A stretch of 64,000 bases of DNA from an uncultured Solirubrobacteraceae bacterium. GTDB lineage: Bacteria > Actinomycetota > Thermoleophilia > Solirubrobacterales > Solirubrobacteraceae. The position numbers and the translations under genes are program-made. The stretch is taken from NCBI GenBank assembly GCA_964236905.1, contig CAXSFZ010000007.1, forward strand, positions 3,423 through 67,422. Reading direction: 5' to 3'. Below, piece by piece: positions 38,588 to 48,148 of this stretch (position 1 is its first letter; the number at the start of each line of letters is the position of its first letter). The notes under the pieces were generated by a model that worked only from the letters and a program-made list of their open reading frames with translations, was not told the DNA's origin and did no database searches.

Positions 38588-38645
38588 CGCATCAGGGGGG
38601 TCTGACCCCTTCGACGCATCAAAGGGGTCTGACCCCTTTGATGCG
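38588..38645. repeat. Tandem REP-like palindromes (GGGGTCTGACCCC core)
   Basis: 38615-38645 CGCATCAAAGGGGTC-T-GACCCCTTTGATGCG is a perfect hairpin, preceded by a degenerate copy; lies between convergent genes. Confidence 0.85.
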
Positions 38646-38666
38646 TTGGTGGCGATCGGCACGTGG

Positions 38667-39632
38667 TCAGGCGGTGAGGACGATCTTGCCGAACAGCTCG
38701 CCCGCGGCCATGGCGGCGAAGCCGTCGCGGGCCTCGGCCAGGGGCAGGACGCGGTCGATCACCGGCGTGACCGCGCCGCTCGCGCAGAGGCGCACGAGCC
38801 GCTCGAGCTCGTCCTTCGAGCCCATGGTCGAGCCGAGGACGCGCAGCTGGAGGAAGAACGTGCGGGTGAGCTCGGCCGACGGCGCGTCACCGCTCGTCGC
38901 GCCGCTGACCACGAGCGCGCCGCCCGGCTTGAGCGCCCGCAGGGAGTGGCCCCAGGTCGCCTCGCCGACGGTCTCGAGGACCGCGTCGACCCGCTCGGGC
39001 AGGCGCGCCCCGGGCGGGAAGGCCTGCTCGGCCCCGAGCGCGAGCGCCCGCGCGCGCTTCTCCTCGCTGCGGCTCGTCACCCACACGCGCACGCCCGCGG
39101 CGGCGCCCAGCGCGATCGCGGCGGTCGCCACGCCGCCGCCCGCGCCCTGCACCAGGACGGTGGCGCCCGGCGTCGCCTCCGCGCGGGTGAAGAGCATCCG
39201 GTAGGCGGTCAGCCAGGCCGTCGGCAGGCAGGCCGCGTGCACGAAGGAGAGCCCGGCGGGCTTCGGGACGAGGTTGGCCCGCGGGACCGCGATCCGCTCG
39301 GACAGGGTGCCCGGGTGGCGCTCGGAGAGGAGCGAGCGCCGGGGATCGAGCGTCTCGTCGCCGCGCCAGCCCTCCGAGGCGATGACGCCGTGGACCACCA
39401 CCTCGTTGCCGTCGGCGTCGACGCCCGCCGCGTCGCAGCCGAGCACCATCGGGAGCGCCTCCGCCGCCAGCCCCACCCCGCGCAGCGACCACAGGTCGTG
39501 GTGGTTGAGCGAGGCGGCCCTGAGCGTCACCGTGGTCCAGCCGTCCGGGACCTCCGGCTCCGGCCGCTCCCCGACTTCGAGCCCGCTCAGCGGGTCGTCG
39601 GGGTCCTGGCGGGCGGCGTAGGCGGCGAGCAT
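38667..39632 (-). CDS. MDR-superfamily (quinone oxidoreductase-like) dehydrogenase
   Basis: ASLNHHD, LGCDAAG, QGAGGGVA, GSTMG, FGKIVL. Confidence 0.88.
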   Translation of the reverse strand: MLAAYAARQDPDDPLSGLEVGERPEPEVPDGWTTVTLRAASLNHHDLWSLRGVGLAAEALPMVLGCDAAGVDADGNEVVVHGVIASEGWRGDETLDPRRSLLSERHPGTLSERIAVPRANLVPKPAGLSFVHAACLPTAWLTAYRMLFTRAEATPGATVLVQGAGGGVATAAIALGAAAGVRVWVTSRSEEKRARALALGAEQAFPPGARLPERVDAVLETVGEATWGHSLRALKPGGALVVSGATSGDAPSAELTRTFFLQLRVLGSTMGSKDELERLVRLCASGAVTPVIDRVLPLAEARDGFAAMAAGELFGKIVLTA

Positions 39633-39683
39633 GGCGCGATGCTACGGCCCCTCCGGCGCGCCAGGGTGTCATGGTGCCTGCCG

Positions 39684-39908
39684 GTGCAGCGCCATGTCCG
39701 CCTCTCCCTCGTCGACGGACGCGTCGTGCTCGTCGGCTTCCACGAGATCCACCTGCGCGATCAGCACAACCGCCCCGGCGGCGCCCTGAGCCTCGAGGAG
39801 GCGCGCCGGCTCTTCGAGGCCGAGCCCGAGCCGCAGCGCACGAGCAACCTCGAGGTCCTCGCCCGCCAGCACGGCCCGGCGCGCGTCCCCCGCGCCTACG
39901 ACCTCTAG
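39684..39908 (+). CDS. Small hypothetical protein
   Basis: 74 aa VQRHVRLSLVDGRVVLVGFHEIHLRD..; high GC3; fills the gap between genes. Confidence 0.5.
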   Translation: MQRHVRLSLVDGRVVLVGFHEIHLRDQHNRPGGALSLEEARRLFEAEPEPQRTSNLEVLARQHGPARVPRAYDL

Positions 39909-41917
39909 GAGGCGACCCCCGCGTCCGCGAGCCAGGCCCAGGCGACGGCCTGGTCCACCACCGCCACCTCGAGCTTCTCCGCCTTGGCCGTCTTGCCCGC
40001 GCCGACGTCGTTGCCCGTCACGAGGTAGGAGGTCGCCGCGCTCACCGAGCTCGCGCTCGTGGCCCCCGCGAGCTCGAGCAGCCGGACGAAGGCCGGCCGG
40101 GTGACCTTCTCGCCCGTGGCGGGCTGGACGATCGCGCCGGTGACGACGACCGTCGCACCCTTGAGCGGCGTCTCCCCCGCCTCGGCGGCGTCGACCGGCC
40201 GGTCCTCCTCGCGGACGTCGAGGCTGACCCCCCGCGCGCGCAGCTCCCCGAGCATCCGCTGCACGTCCTCGCGCCCGAAGTACTCCACGAGCGAGGCGGC
40301 GACGACCTCGCCGATGTCCTTGACCGCGGCGAGCTCCTCCGCCCCCGCCGCCGCGACCTCCTCCACCGAGGCGTAGCCCGCGAGCGCGAGGCGCTTGGCC
40401 ACGCCCTCCCGCGCGTGCCGGATGCCGAAGCCGATCAGCGCGCGGCGCATCCCGAGCGCCTTGGAGCGCTCGATCGAGTCGACGAACCGGCGCGAGCTCA
40501 CCTCCCCCATGCCGTCGTAGGCCAGGAGGTCGGCCTGGCCGAGCGCGTAGAAGTCGGCGGGCGAGGCGAGCTTCCCGTCGTCGTACAGGCGGGCGATCCA
40601 GGTGCTCCCGACCGCCTCCATGTCGGCCGCCGCGCGCCCCGCCCACCACTGCAGCCGCCGCAGCGCCTGGGCGGGGCAGTCCAGGTTGGGGCAGAGCAGC
40701 TCGCGCGAGTTGCCGCGCTCCTCGAGCGCGGTGCCGCAGGAGGGGCAGCGGGTCGGGATCTCGGCGTCGCGCACGTCGGCGGGCTGCGCGCCGGGCGCCG
40801 GGCCCGAGACGAACGGGATCACGTCACCCGCCCGGCGGACGAGCACGCGCATCCCGACCCGCACGCCGCGCGCCCGCAGCACCTCCTGGTTGGCCAGGGT
40901 GGCCGAGCTGACCGTGGTGCCGCCGACGAAGACCGGCTCGAGCACCGCGCGCGGCACGACCTTCCCGCCCGGCCCGACCTCCCAGGAGACCGCGCGCAGG
41001 ATGGTCTCCCGCTCCTCGGCGACGAGCTTGACCGCGATCGCGCCGCGCGGCGTGCTGGCCCGGTTGCCCGCCGCCTGGTAGGCGCGCTCGTCGTCGAGGC
41101 GCACCACGGCGCCGTCGATGTCGAAGTCGTTCTGAGCGCGGGCGGCCTCGATCCGGCCGATGGCCTCGAGCACCGCCGCGGCGCCGTGCACCACCGCGAT
41201 CTCGGGCACCGCGAAGCCGTGCGCCCCGAGCTCGGCGACCGGCAGGCCGTCGGCGTCGAAGGCGAAGAAGCGGAGCACGCGCCCGGCCGCGGCGGCCGCC
41301 GCCGGATCCTTCTGCAGCAGCGTCCCGGCGCAGGCGTTGCGGGGGTTGGCGAGCGGCTTCTCGGGGTGGGCCTCGTTGTAGGCGGCGAAGACCGAACCGA
41401 GCATGACGGCCTCCCCGCGCACCTCGGCGCGCCCCGCCACGCCGGGCAGCCGGGTCGGGAGGTCCGTGACGACGTGGCGGGTGGCGTGGGTCACCTCCTC
41501 CCCCGTCGTCCCGTCGCCGCGCGTGGCCACGTGGAGCAGGGCGCCGTCCTCGAAGACGAGGCTGAGCGAGACGCCGTCGAGCTTCGCGGTCACCCGCAGG
41601 GGCTGGCCCGGGAAGCGCTCGGCGAACTCCCTCACGCCCGCCTCCCGCGCCTCCGGGCTGACCTTGGCCAGGGAGAGCATGGGGCGGGCGTGGCGGATCG
41701 CCCGGCGCCCGCCGCGCGGCGCGGCGCCCACCTGCTCGAGCGGGTTGTCGGCCGGGGTGAGCGCGGGGCGCGCGGCCAGGAGCGCGCGCAGCTCGTCCTC
41801 GCGCGCGTCGTAGGTCGCGTCGTCGGCCTCGGGCTCCCCGGCGTAGTAGCGCTCCCTCAGCCGGCGGAGCTCCGCGGCGAGCCCCTCGACCCGTGCTCGG
41901 TCCTCGTCCTCGCTCAC
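39905..41917 (-). CDS. ligA: NAD-dependent DNA ligase
   Basis: YY..DATYD, MLSL, KLDG, RGE, ANPRN, DG.V, RRAGDVIP, CPSC..C..C zinc finger, HhH and BRCT domains. Confidence 0.92.
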   Translation of the reverse strand: MSEDEDRARVEGLAAELRRLRERYYAGEPEADDATYDAREDELRALLAARPALTPADNPLEQVGAAPRGGRRAIRHARPMLSLAKVSPEAREAGVREFAERFPGQPLRVTAKLDGVSLSLVFEDGALLHVATRGDGTTGEEVTHATRHVVTDLPTRLPGVAGRAEVRGEAVMLGSVFAAYNEAHPEKPLANPRNACAGTLLQKDPAAAAAAGRVLRFFAFDADGLPVAELGAHGFAVPEIAVVHGAAAVLEAIGRIEAARAQNDFDIDGAVVRLDDERAYQAAGNRASTPRGAIAVKLVAEERETILRAVSWEVGPGGKVVPRAVLEPVFVGGTTVSSATLANQEVLRARGVRVGMRVLVRRAGDVIPFVSGPAPGAQPADVRDAEIPTRCPSCGTALEERGNSRELLCPNLDCPAQALRRLQWWAGRAAADMEAVGSTWIARLYDDGKLASPADFYALGQADLLAYDGMGEVSSRRFVDSIERSKALGMRRALIGFGIRHAREGVAKRLALAGYASVEEVAAAGAEELAAVKDIGEVVAASLVEYFGREDVQRMLGELRARGVSLDVREEDRPVDAAEAGETPLKGATVVVTGAIVQPATGEKVTRPAFVRLLELAGATSASSVSAATSYLVTGNDVGAGKTAKAEKLEVAVVDQAVAWAWLADAGVAS

Positions 41918-42040
41918 GCCGCCCACGCTACGCGAGGCCGTGGGCCACGTGCCGCCGGTACGGCCGAGTGGCGCCCGGCGTCGGACCGGCGCGACGCCGA
42001 GCGCCACTCACCGGGGGCCGCGCCGGGCAGGAGCACGACC

Positions 42041-42631
42041 ATGGCCGACGACATCCCGGCGCTCGAGGCGCTCGTCCCCCAGGCGCCCGCGCCCGTCCGC
42101 GTCCCGCCGGCGCCGCTCGCGCGCCTCGGGCCGCTCGCGCTGGCGGTGGCGCTCGGCTCGGCGTCCGGCGGTGGCGGGGAGCCGCTCACCATCTTCCGCA
42201 CGCTCGGGCGCGATGCGCGCCTGTTCCGCTCCTGGCTCGTCTACTCGGGCCGGCTGCTCCTGCGCGGTCGGCTGCCCCGGCGGGACACCGAGCTCGTGAT
42301 CCTGCGGGTCGCCGCGCGCACCGGCTCGGGGTACGAATGGCGCCAGCACGTGCGCATCGCGCTGCGCTCCGGGCTCTCCGCCCCGGAGGTCGCGGCCGCG
42401 GCCGGGCCCGTCGGCGACGAGGGGCTGAGCCCCCGCCAGCGGGTGCTGCTCGCCGCCACGGACGAGCTGCTCGACCGGCGGGCGTTCGGCGACGCGACCT
42501 GGAGCGCCCTGAGCACCCACCTCGACCGGGGCCGGACGATCGAGCTCTGCCTGCTCGTGGGCCACTACCAGGGCCTGGCCACCGCCCTCGGCGGCCTCGG
42601 CGTCCCACCGGAGTCCGCGCCGAACGCATGA
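42041..42631 (+). CDS. Carboxymuconolactone decarboxylase/AhpD-like protein
   Basis: IFRTL, ELVILRVA..YEWRQH, VGHY. Confidence 0.85.
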   Translation: MADDIPALEALVPQAPAPVRVPPAPLARLGPLALAVALGSASGGGGEPLTIFRTLGRDARLFRSWLVYSGRLLLRGRLPRRDTELVILRVAARTGSGYEWRQHVRIALRSGLSAPEVAAAAGPVGDEGLSPRQRVLLAATDELLDRRAFGDATWSALSTHLDRGRTIELCLLVGHYQGLATALGGLGVPPESAPNA

Positions 42632-42686
42632 AAGGGGTCAGACCCCTTCGATGCGCGCATGAAAGGGGTCAGACCCCTTCGATGCG
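42625..42686. repeat. Two identical 31-bp REP-like palindromes in tandem
   Basis: CGCATGAAAGGGGTCAGACCCCTTCGATGCG x2; the first copy supplies the TGA of the upstream gene. Confidence 0.9.
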
Positions 42687-42702
42687 TGGGTAGCCCGGCT
42701 GC

Positions 42703-43980
42703 GTGCACCGCCTCCCGCCCGGCCCGACGACGAACGCGTTCATCCAGGCCGCGAGGTTCCACCGGGATCCGCTCGGCCAGCTGCGCATGCTGCAGCGCGA
42801 GTTCGGCGACGTGGTCACGGTGCGCTTCCCGGCGGCCCGGCCGATGGTCGTCCTCGCCGACCCCGCCGCCGTGCGGGTGCTCGCCCACGGCGACCCGGAG
42901 CGCGCCCACGCCGGCGCGGCGCGGCGGCGCATCCTCCCGCAGGCCTCGGCGCAGTCCTCCTTCGGCGCCGACGGCGCGCAGCACCACGCCGCCCGCGCGC
43001 GGCTGGCCCCCGCCTTCGCCCCGGAGCAGATCGCCGCGCTGCGCCCCACCATCGCCCGTATCGCCGCCGAACACGCCGCGAGCTGGCCGACCGGGCGGCC
43101 GTTCCGGCTGCTGCAACGCACCCGCCTGCTGGCCGACGAGATCGCCACCCGGCTCGTGCTCGGGGTCCGCGACGACGCCCGTGCCCGGGAGCTCGCGCAG
43201 GCGATCCGGCGGATGCTCGCCATCCCCGGGAACCCGCCGCTCTCCCCGCCCGGCGCGGGCCAGGGCCTCGCCGGCGCGCTCGGGGCGCGCGAGGCGCGGC
43301 GGCGCATGGCGCCGGTCCTCGCGAGGCTCGGCGCGGAGCTCGACCGCCGCCGCGCCGACGGCGACCTCGAGGGCGACGACCTGCTCGGCTGCCTCCTGCG
43401 GGCCGACGAGCTCGACACCGCGGCGGCGGTGGACGAGCTGCTGCCGGTGCTGCTGGCCGCCCAAGAGCCGATGGCCGCGGGGCTCACGTGGCTGCTCCTG
43501 CGCGTGGCGCAGGAGCCCGGGCTGCAAGAGCGCTGGCGCCGGGACCCCGCCGACGCGGCGTGGCGCGAGGCGGTCGTGAAGGAGACCTGGCGCCTGCGCC
43601 CGCCCGCGCTCGCGATGCTCCGCCGGCTGACCGCCTCGCTCGAGGTCCAGGGCCACGTGCTCCCCGCCGGCCTGACGGTGGTGAACCCGATCGTCCTGCT
43701 GCACCGCGATCCGGCCGCTTTCCCCGAGCCCGACGCCTTCCGGCCCGAGCGCTGGCTCGTGCCGGAGCCGCCGGAGGCGCTGCTGTTCCCGTTCGGCGCG
43801 GGCGCGCGCCGCTGCCTGGGCGAGCCGCTCGCCCGCGCGGAGGTCGAGGCCGCGATCCCGGCGATCCTCCGGCGGCTCGAGCTCCGCCCGGCCTGGCCGC
43901 GCGAGGAGAAGCAGGTCCTGCGCGCGACGATCCTCGTGCCGCACCGCAGCGGCCTCGTGCGCGCGCTCGCGCGCCCCTGA
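42703..43980 (+). CDS. Cytochrome P450
   Basis: KETWR (ExxR), FRPERW, FPFGAGARRCLG heme Cys. Confidence 0.92.
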   Translation: MHRLPPGPTTNAFIQAARFHRDPLGQLRMLQREFGDVVTVRFPAARPMVVLADPAAVRVLAHGDPERAHAGAARRRILPQASAQSSFGADGAQHHAARARLAPAFAPEQIAALRPTIARIAAEHAASWPTGRPFRLLQRTRLLADEIATRLVLGVRDDARARELAQAIRRMLAIPGNPPLSPPGAGQGLAGALGAREARRRMAPVLARLGAELDRRRADGDLEGDDLLGCLLRADELDTAAAVDELLPVLLAAQEPMAAGLTWLLLRVAQEPGLQERWRRDPADAAWREAVVKETWRLRPPALAMLRRLTASLEVQGHVLPAGLTVVNPIVLLHRDPAAFPEPDAFRPERWLVPEPPEALLFPFGAGARRCLGEPLARAEVEAAIPAILRRLELRPAWPREEKQVLRATILVPHRSGLVRALARP

Positions 43981-44047
43981 GCGCGCAGCCGGCGTCAGCT
44001 CCCGACGCGGCAGGTGTCGCCGGGCAGCGCCCGGGAACGAGCCGTCC

Positions 44048-44842
44048 ATGAGCACTCCCGCGCAGCGCCCCCTCGCCGTGATCACCGGCGCCTCGAGCGG
44101 CATCGGCCTCGAGCTCGCGAAGGTCTTCGCCGCCCACGACTACGACCTCGTGGTGGCGGCCGAGGACGCCGAGCTCGCCACGGCGGTCGCGGGCCTCGAG
44201 TCCTCCGGCACCGCGGTGACCTCGGTGCGCACCGACCTCGCGACCGCCGCCGGGGTCGAGGAGCTCGCCGCCACCGTCGCCGCCCAGGGCCGGCCCGTCG
44301 CCGCGCTGGCGCTCAACGCGGGCCGCGGCGCGGGCGGGAAGTTCGTCGGCGAGACGGCGCTCGAGGACGAGCTCGAGATCGTCGACCTGAACGTCCGCTC
44401 CACCGTGCACCTGGCCAAGCGCGTGCTGCCGGGGATGGTCGCCCGCGGCGAGGGCCGGGTGCTGATCACCTCCTCGGTCGCCTCGACCATGCCGGGCGCC
44501 AACCAGGCCGTCTACAACGCCTCGAAGTCCTTCACGCAGTCCTTCGCGGAGGCGATCCGCGAGGAGCTCTCGGACACCGGCGTCACCGTCACCGCCCTGA
44601 TGCCCGGCCCGACCGACACCGAGTTCTTCGCCGAGGCGGACATCGACGACGCCGACATGGCCAAGAAGCGCGACAGCGCCGCGCAGGTCGCCGAGCAGGG
44701 CTTCGAGGCGATGATGGCGGGCGAGCAGAAGGTCGTCGGCGGCAACGTCCTCAACAAGGTGCAGGCCAAGACGGCCGGCCTCATCCCGGACGCGGTCAAG
44801 GCGAAGGTGCACGGCGCGCTCGTCCAGAAGGACGGCGAGTAG
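44048..44842 (+). CDS. Short-chain dehydrogenase/reductase
   Basis: TGASSGIG, NAG, YNASK. Confidence 0.92.
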   Translation: MSTPAQRPLAVITGASSGIGLELAKVFAAHDYDLVVAAEDAELATAVAGLESSGTAVTSVRTDLATAAGVEELAATVAAQGRPVAALALNAGRGAGGKFVGETALEDELEIVDLNVRSTVHLAKRVLPGMVARGEGRVLITSSVASTMPGANQAVYNASKSFTQSFAEAIREELSDTGVTVTALMPGPTDTEFFAEADIDDADMAKKRDSAAQVAEQGFEAMMAGEQKVVGGNVLNKVQAKTAGLIPDAVKAKVHGALVQKDGE

Positions 44843-44846
44843 CGCC

Positions 44847-45824
44847 TCAGCGCACCGTGTAGACCCCGGTCGGGGCGGCGTGGTAGCCCTTCGCGCCGAC
44901 CTGCCGGGCCAGCGCGCTGCGCGGCTCCTCGCCGGCGGCCAGCCGCTCCAGGGCGTACGCGAAGTCCCACCGGGGCGCCCAGCCGAGCTCCGCACGGGCG
45001 CGCGCGTTGACGTAGACGCGGTCGACCTCGGAGCTCATCCGCCACCCGCGCCCCGCGTAGAGCGCCTCGTACTGCGGCACCCGGCGGCGCACGACGGCCG
45101 GCGCGTCCGCGCGCAGCTGCGCGAGATCCTCCGGCCGGAACGGCGTGGTGGCCGAGATGACGTAGCGGCCGAAGCCGATCGTGGGCGCGCGCTCGAGCGC
45201 GCAGCGGTGGGCCGCGACCACGTCCTCGAGGTCGACGCGGCGGTGGAGCAGCTCGTTGAGCTTGAGGTTCGCGTCCGCGTAGGCGGAGCGGACCTCGTCG
45301 CGGTCGTCCTCCTCGGGGAAGAACCGCGCGGTGCGCAGCACCACCACGGGCAGCCCGCGGTCGCGGTGGACGAGCTTCGCGAGCTCCTCCGCGGCGACCT
45401 TCGTCACCCCGTAGACGTTCCTGGCCACGGGGGCCACCTCCTCGCTCACCCAGGCGGCGGGCGCCCCGGCGGGCGGCGTGAGCGCGTCGCCGAACGCGCT
45501 CGTGGTGCTCGTGAGCACGAAGGACCCGACCCCCGCGTCGGCCGCCGCCTCCAGCAGGGTCAGCGTGCCGGTGACGTTCGTGTCCACGAACGCCTGCTTG
45601 GCGTGCGAGCCGACGTGCGGCTTGTGCAGCGTGGCGGTGTGGAGCACCGCGTCGGCGCCCGCGACCAGCCGCTCGACCCACGGGCGGTCGGCCACCGAGC
45701 CGACGGCCCGGGTGAACGGCGAGGGGAGCAGATCGCCGCCGAGGACGTCGTGGCCCTCGGCGCCCAGCACGCGCATCAGCGCCTCCCCGAGGTGCCCGGC
45801 GCTCCCGGTGACCACGATCCGCAT
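44847..45824 (-). CDS. NAD-dependent epimerase/dehydratase family
   Basis: VTGSAGHLG, STT, YGVTK. Confidence 0.88.
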   Translation of the reverse strand: MRIVVTGSAGHLGEALMRVLGAEGHDVLGGDLLPSPFTRAVGSVADRPWVERLVAGADAVLHTATLHKPHVGSHAKQAFVDTNVTGTLTLLEAAADAGVGSFVLTSTTSAFGDALTPPAGAPAAWVSEEVAPVARNVYGVTKVAAEELAKLVHRDRGLPVVVLRTARFFPEEDDRDEVRSAYADANLKLNELLHRRVDLEDVVAAHRCALERAPTIGFGRYVISATTPFRPEDLAQLRADAPAVVRRRVPQYEALYAGRGWRMSSEVDRVYVNARARAELGWAPRWDFAYALERLAAGEEPRSALARQVGAKGYHAAPTGVYTVR

Positions 45825-45946
45825 GCGCCCATCCCACCACGCCGCCGCGGCGCTCGGCGCCCACCGACCCATGGGGCGGGCTGCGGCGCCACCCGGCCGG
45901 CGGTCGCGGGCTCCCGCGGTCGGGCGCCCGCGACCGTACCCGGTGA

Positions 45947-46789
45947 CTAGGGCCGCACGAAGGCGTCCGGGTCGGGGCCCGTGCGCTCGCCTCGGTCCAG
46001 CGCCTCGATGGCCTCCATCTGCTCCGGGGTGAGCGCGAAGTCGAAGAGGTCGAAGTTCTGCTCGATGCGCTCCGGCGTCACCGACTTCGGGATGACGACG
46101 TTGCCCAGCTGCAGGTGCCAGCGCAGCACGATCTGGCCCGGGGTCTTGCCGTGCTCCTCGGCCATGGCCGTGATGACCGGGTCGTCGAGGACGAGCCCCT
46201 GCGCAAGCGGGCTCCAGGCCTCGGTGAGGATGCCGCGGTCGGCGTGCTCGCGGCGCAGGCCGGGCTGCTGGAGGTAGGGGTGGAGCTCGACCTGGTTGAT
46301 CGCGGGCTGCACGCCGGTCTCCGCCTCCAGGCGGGCCAGGTGGTCGGGCTGGAAGTTCGAGACGCCGATCGCGCGCGTGAGCCCCTCCTGCTGCAGCTCG
46401 ACGAGCGCCTGCCAGGTCTCCACGTAGAGGTCGGTCGCGGGAACGGGCCAGTGGATGAGGTAGAGGTCGAGATGGTCGACCTCGAGCTGCTCGAGGCTCC
46501 GCCGGCAGGCCTGCTTGGCCTTCTGGTGGCCGTGGTCGGTGTTGAAGCACTTCGTGGTGAGGAAGACGTCGGAGCGCTCGAGGCCGGCCGCGTGGATCGC
46601 CTGGCCGACCCCGGCCTCGTTGCGGTAGGCCGTGGCCGTGTCGACGTGGCGGTAGCCCGCCAGCAGCGCGCGGGTCACCGCCTCCGCGGTGTCCTCCGGC
46701 GGGATCTGGAAGACGCCGAAGCCGAGCTGGGGGATCTCGACGCCGCCGCGGAGCGGGAGGGTGGGGACCTGGCCGGTGGAGGAGCTCAT
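45947..46789 (-). CDS. Aldo/keto reductase (2,5-diketo-D-gluconate reductase-like)
   Basis: LGFGVFQ, DTATAY, LIHWP, GVSNF, IPKS. Confidence 0.92.
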   Translation of the reverse strand: MSSSTGQVPTLPLRGGVEIPQLGFGVFQIPPEDTAEAVTRALLAGYRHVDTATAYRNEAGVGQAIHAAGLERSDVFLTTKCFNTDHGHQKAKQACRRSLEQLEVDHLDLYLIHWPVPATDLYVETWQALVELQQEGLTRAIGVSNFQPDHLARLEAETGVQPAINQVELHPYLQQPGLRREHADRGILTEAWSPLAQGLVLDDPVITAMAEEHGKTPGQIVLRWHLQLGNVVIPKSVTPERIEQNFDLFDFALTPEQMEAIEALDRGERTGPDPDAFVRP

Positions 46790-46891
46790 GGGTGCTGGTT
46801 GCCCCGGGCCCCGGCGCCCAGAACGCGCGCGCCCGTCAGGGCGCCTCGCGCACCGCGCGGGGCGAGGCGCCGCGGGCGGCCGGACCGCAGC

Positions 46892-46919
46892 TCTCAGGCT
46901 CCTCCCAGGAGCGCCTCAT
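46892..46919 (+). promoter_or_regulatory. OmpR/PhoB-type (MprA-like) triple direct repeat
   Basis: TCTCAG-N5-TCCCAG-N5-CCTCAT with 11-bp period upstream of the GT2 gene. Confidence 0.6.
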
Positions 46920-46952
46920 GCCGCTCCCACCCGGGAGCCGCAGGCTGCGGCC

Positions 46953-48122
46953 ATGACCTCCTCCACCGCCCTCCTGCGCCCCGTCCCCGCGACGGCTGCG
47001 ACCCGCCCGGTCGTCGAGGTCGTCGTGCCGGTCTACAACGAGCAGGGGGCGCTGCCCGCCTCGGTCCGGCGCCTGCACGACGCGCTGAGCGCGGAGCTCC
47101 CCTACTCGTGGCGGATCACCATCGCCAACAACGCGAGCACGGACGAGACGAGCCGCGTCGCGCGGGCGCTCGCCGACGACCTCCCCGGCGTCGAGCTCCT
47201 CGAGCTCGCCCAGAAGGGCCGCGGCCGGGCGCTCCGGGCCGCCTGGAGCGCCTCGGACGCGCAGGTCGTGGCCTACATGGACGTCGACCTGTCGACCGAC
47301 CTGCGCGCGTTCCTGCCGCTCGTCGCGCCGCTGGTCAGCGGCCACTCCGACCTCGCGATCGGCACGCGGCTCGCCCGCGGGGCCCAGGTGGTGCGGGGAC
47401 CCAAGCGGGAGCTCATCTCCCGCTCCTACAACGCCGTGCTGCACCTCGGGCTCGGTGCGCGGTTCTCCGACGCCCAGTGCGGCTTCAAGGCCGTGCGGGC
47501 CGACGTGGCGCGCGAGCTGCTGCCCGCCGTCCGCGACGAGGCGTGGTTCTTCGACACCGAGCTGCTCGTGCTCGCGCAGCGCCGCGGCCTGCGCATCCAC
47601 GAGGTGCCGGTCGACTGGGTCGACGACCCGGACTCGCGCGTGGAGCTCCTGCGGACGGCCCTCGAGGACCTCAAGGGCGTCGCGCGGCTGCTCGCCGCCA
47701 CGCGGATGGCGCGGTTCCTCGCCGTCGGCGTCGCCTCGACGCTCGCCTTCGCCCTGCTCTTCCTCCTCCTCCGCGGGCCGCTCGGAGCGGCGGGGGCGAA
47801 CGCCGCGGCGCTCGCGCTCACGGCGGTGGCCAACACCCAGGCCAACCGGCACTGGACCTTCGGCCTGCGCGGTCGCGAGCGGCTCGTGCGCCAGCACCTG
47901 ATGGGCGGGCTGGTCTTCGCGCTCACCCTCGGGCTGACCTCAGGCGCCCTCGCGGTGCTCCACGGCCTCGACCGCGATCCGTCCCGCGGGGTCGAGGTGG
48001 CCGTCCTGGTCGCCGCGGGCGTCTGCGCCACGGTCACCCGCTACGTCGCCCTGCGGACCTGGGTCTTCGCGCGGCACGGCCGCCGCGACGCCCTCCGCCG
48101 CCCCGCGCTCGCGCGCTCCTGA
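46953..48122 (+). CDS. GT2 polyprenyl-phosphate glycosyltransferase fused to GtrA-like domain
   Basis: VPVYNE, KGRG, MDVDLS, DAQCGFK, FFDTE; C-terminal ANTQANRHWTF four-TM domain. Confidence 0.9.
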   Translation: MTSSTALLRPVPATAATRPVVEVVVPVYNEQGALPASVRRLHDALSAELPYSWRITIANNASTDETSRVARALADDLPGVELLELAQKGRGRALRAAWSASDAQVVAYMDVDLSTDLRAFLPLVAPLVSGHSDLAIGTRLARGAQVVRGPKRELISRSYNAVLHLGLGARFSDAQCGFKAVRADVARELLPAVRDEAWFFDTELLVLAQRRGLRIHEVPVDWVDDPDSRVELLRTALEDLKGVARLLAATRMARFLAVGVASTLAFALLFLLLRGPLGAAGANAAALALTAVANTQANRHWTFGLRGRERLVRQHLMGGLVFALTLGLTSGALAVLHGLDRDPSRGVEVAVLVAAGVCATVTRYVALRTWVFARHGRRDALRRPALARS

Positions 48123-48148
48123 GACCCCTCCCCACCCCGAAAGGACCC

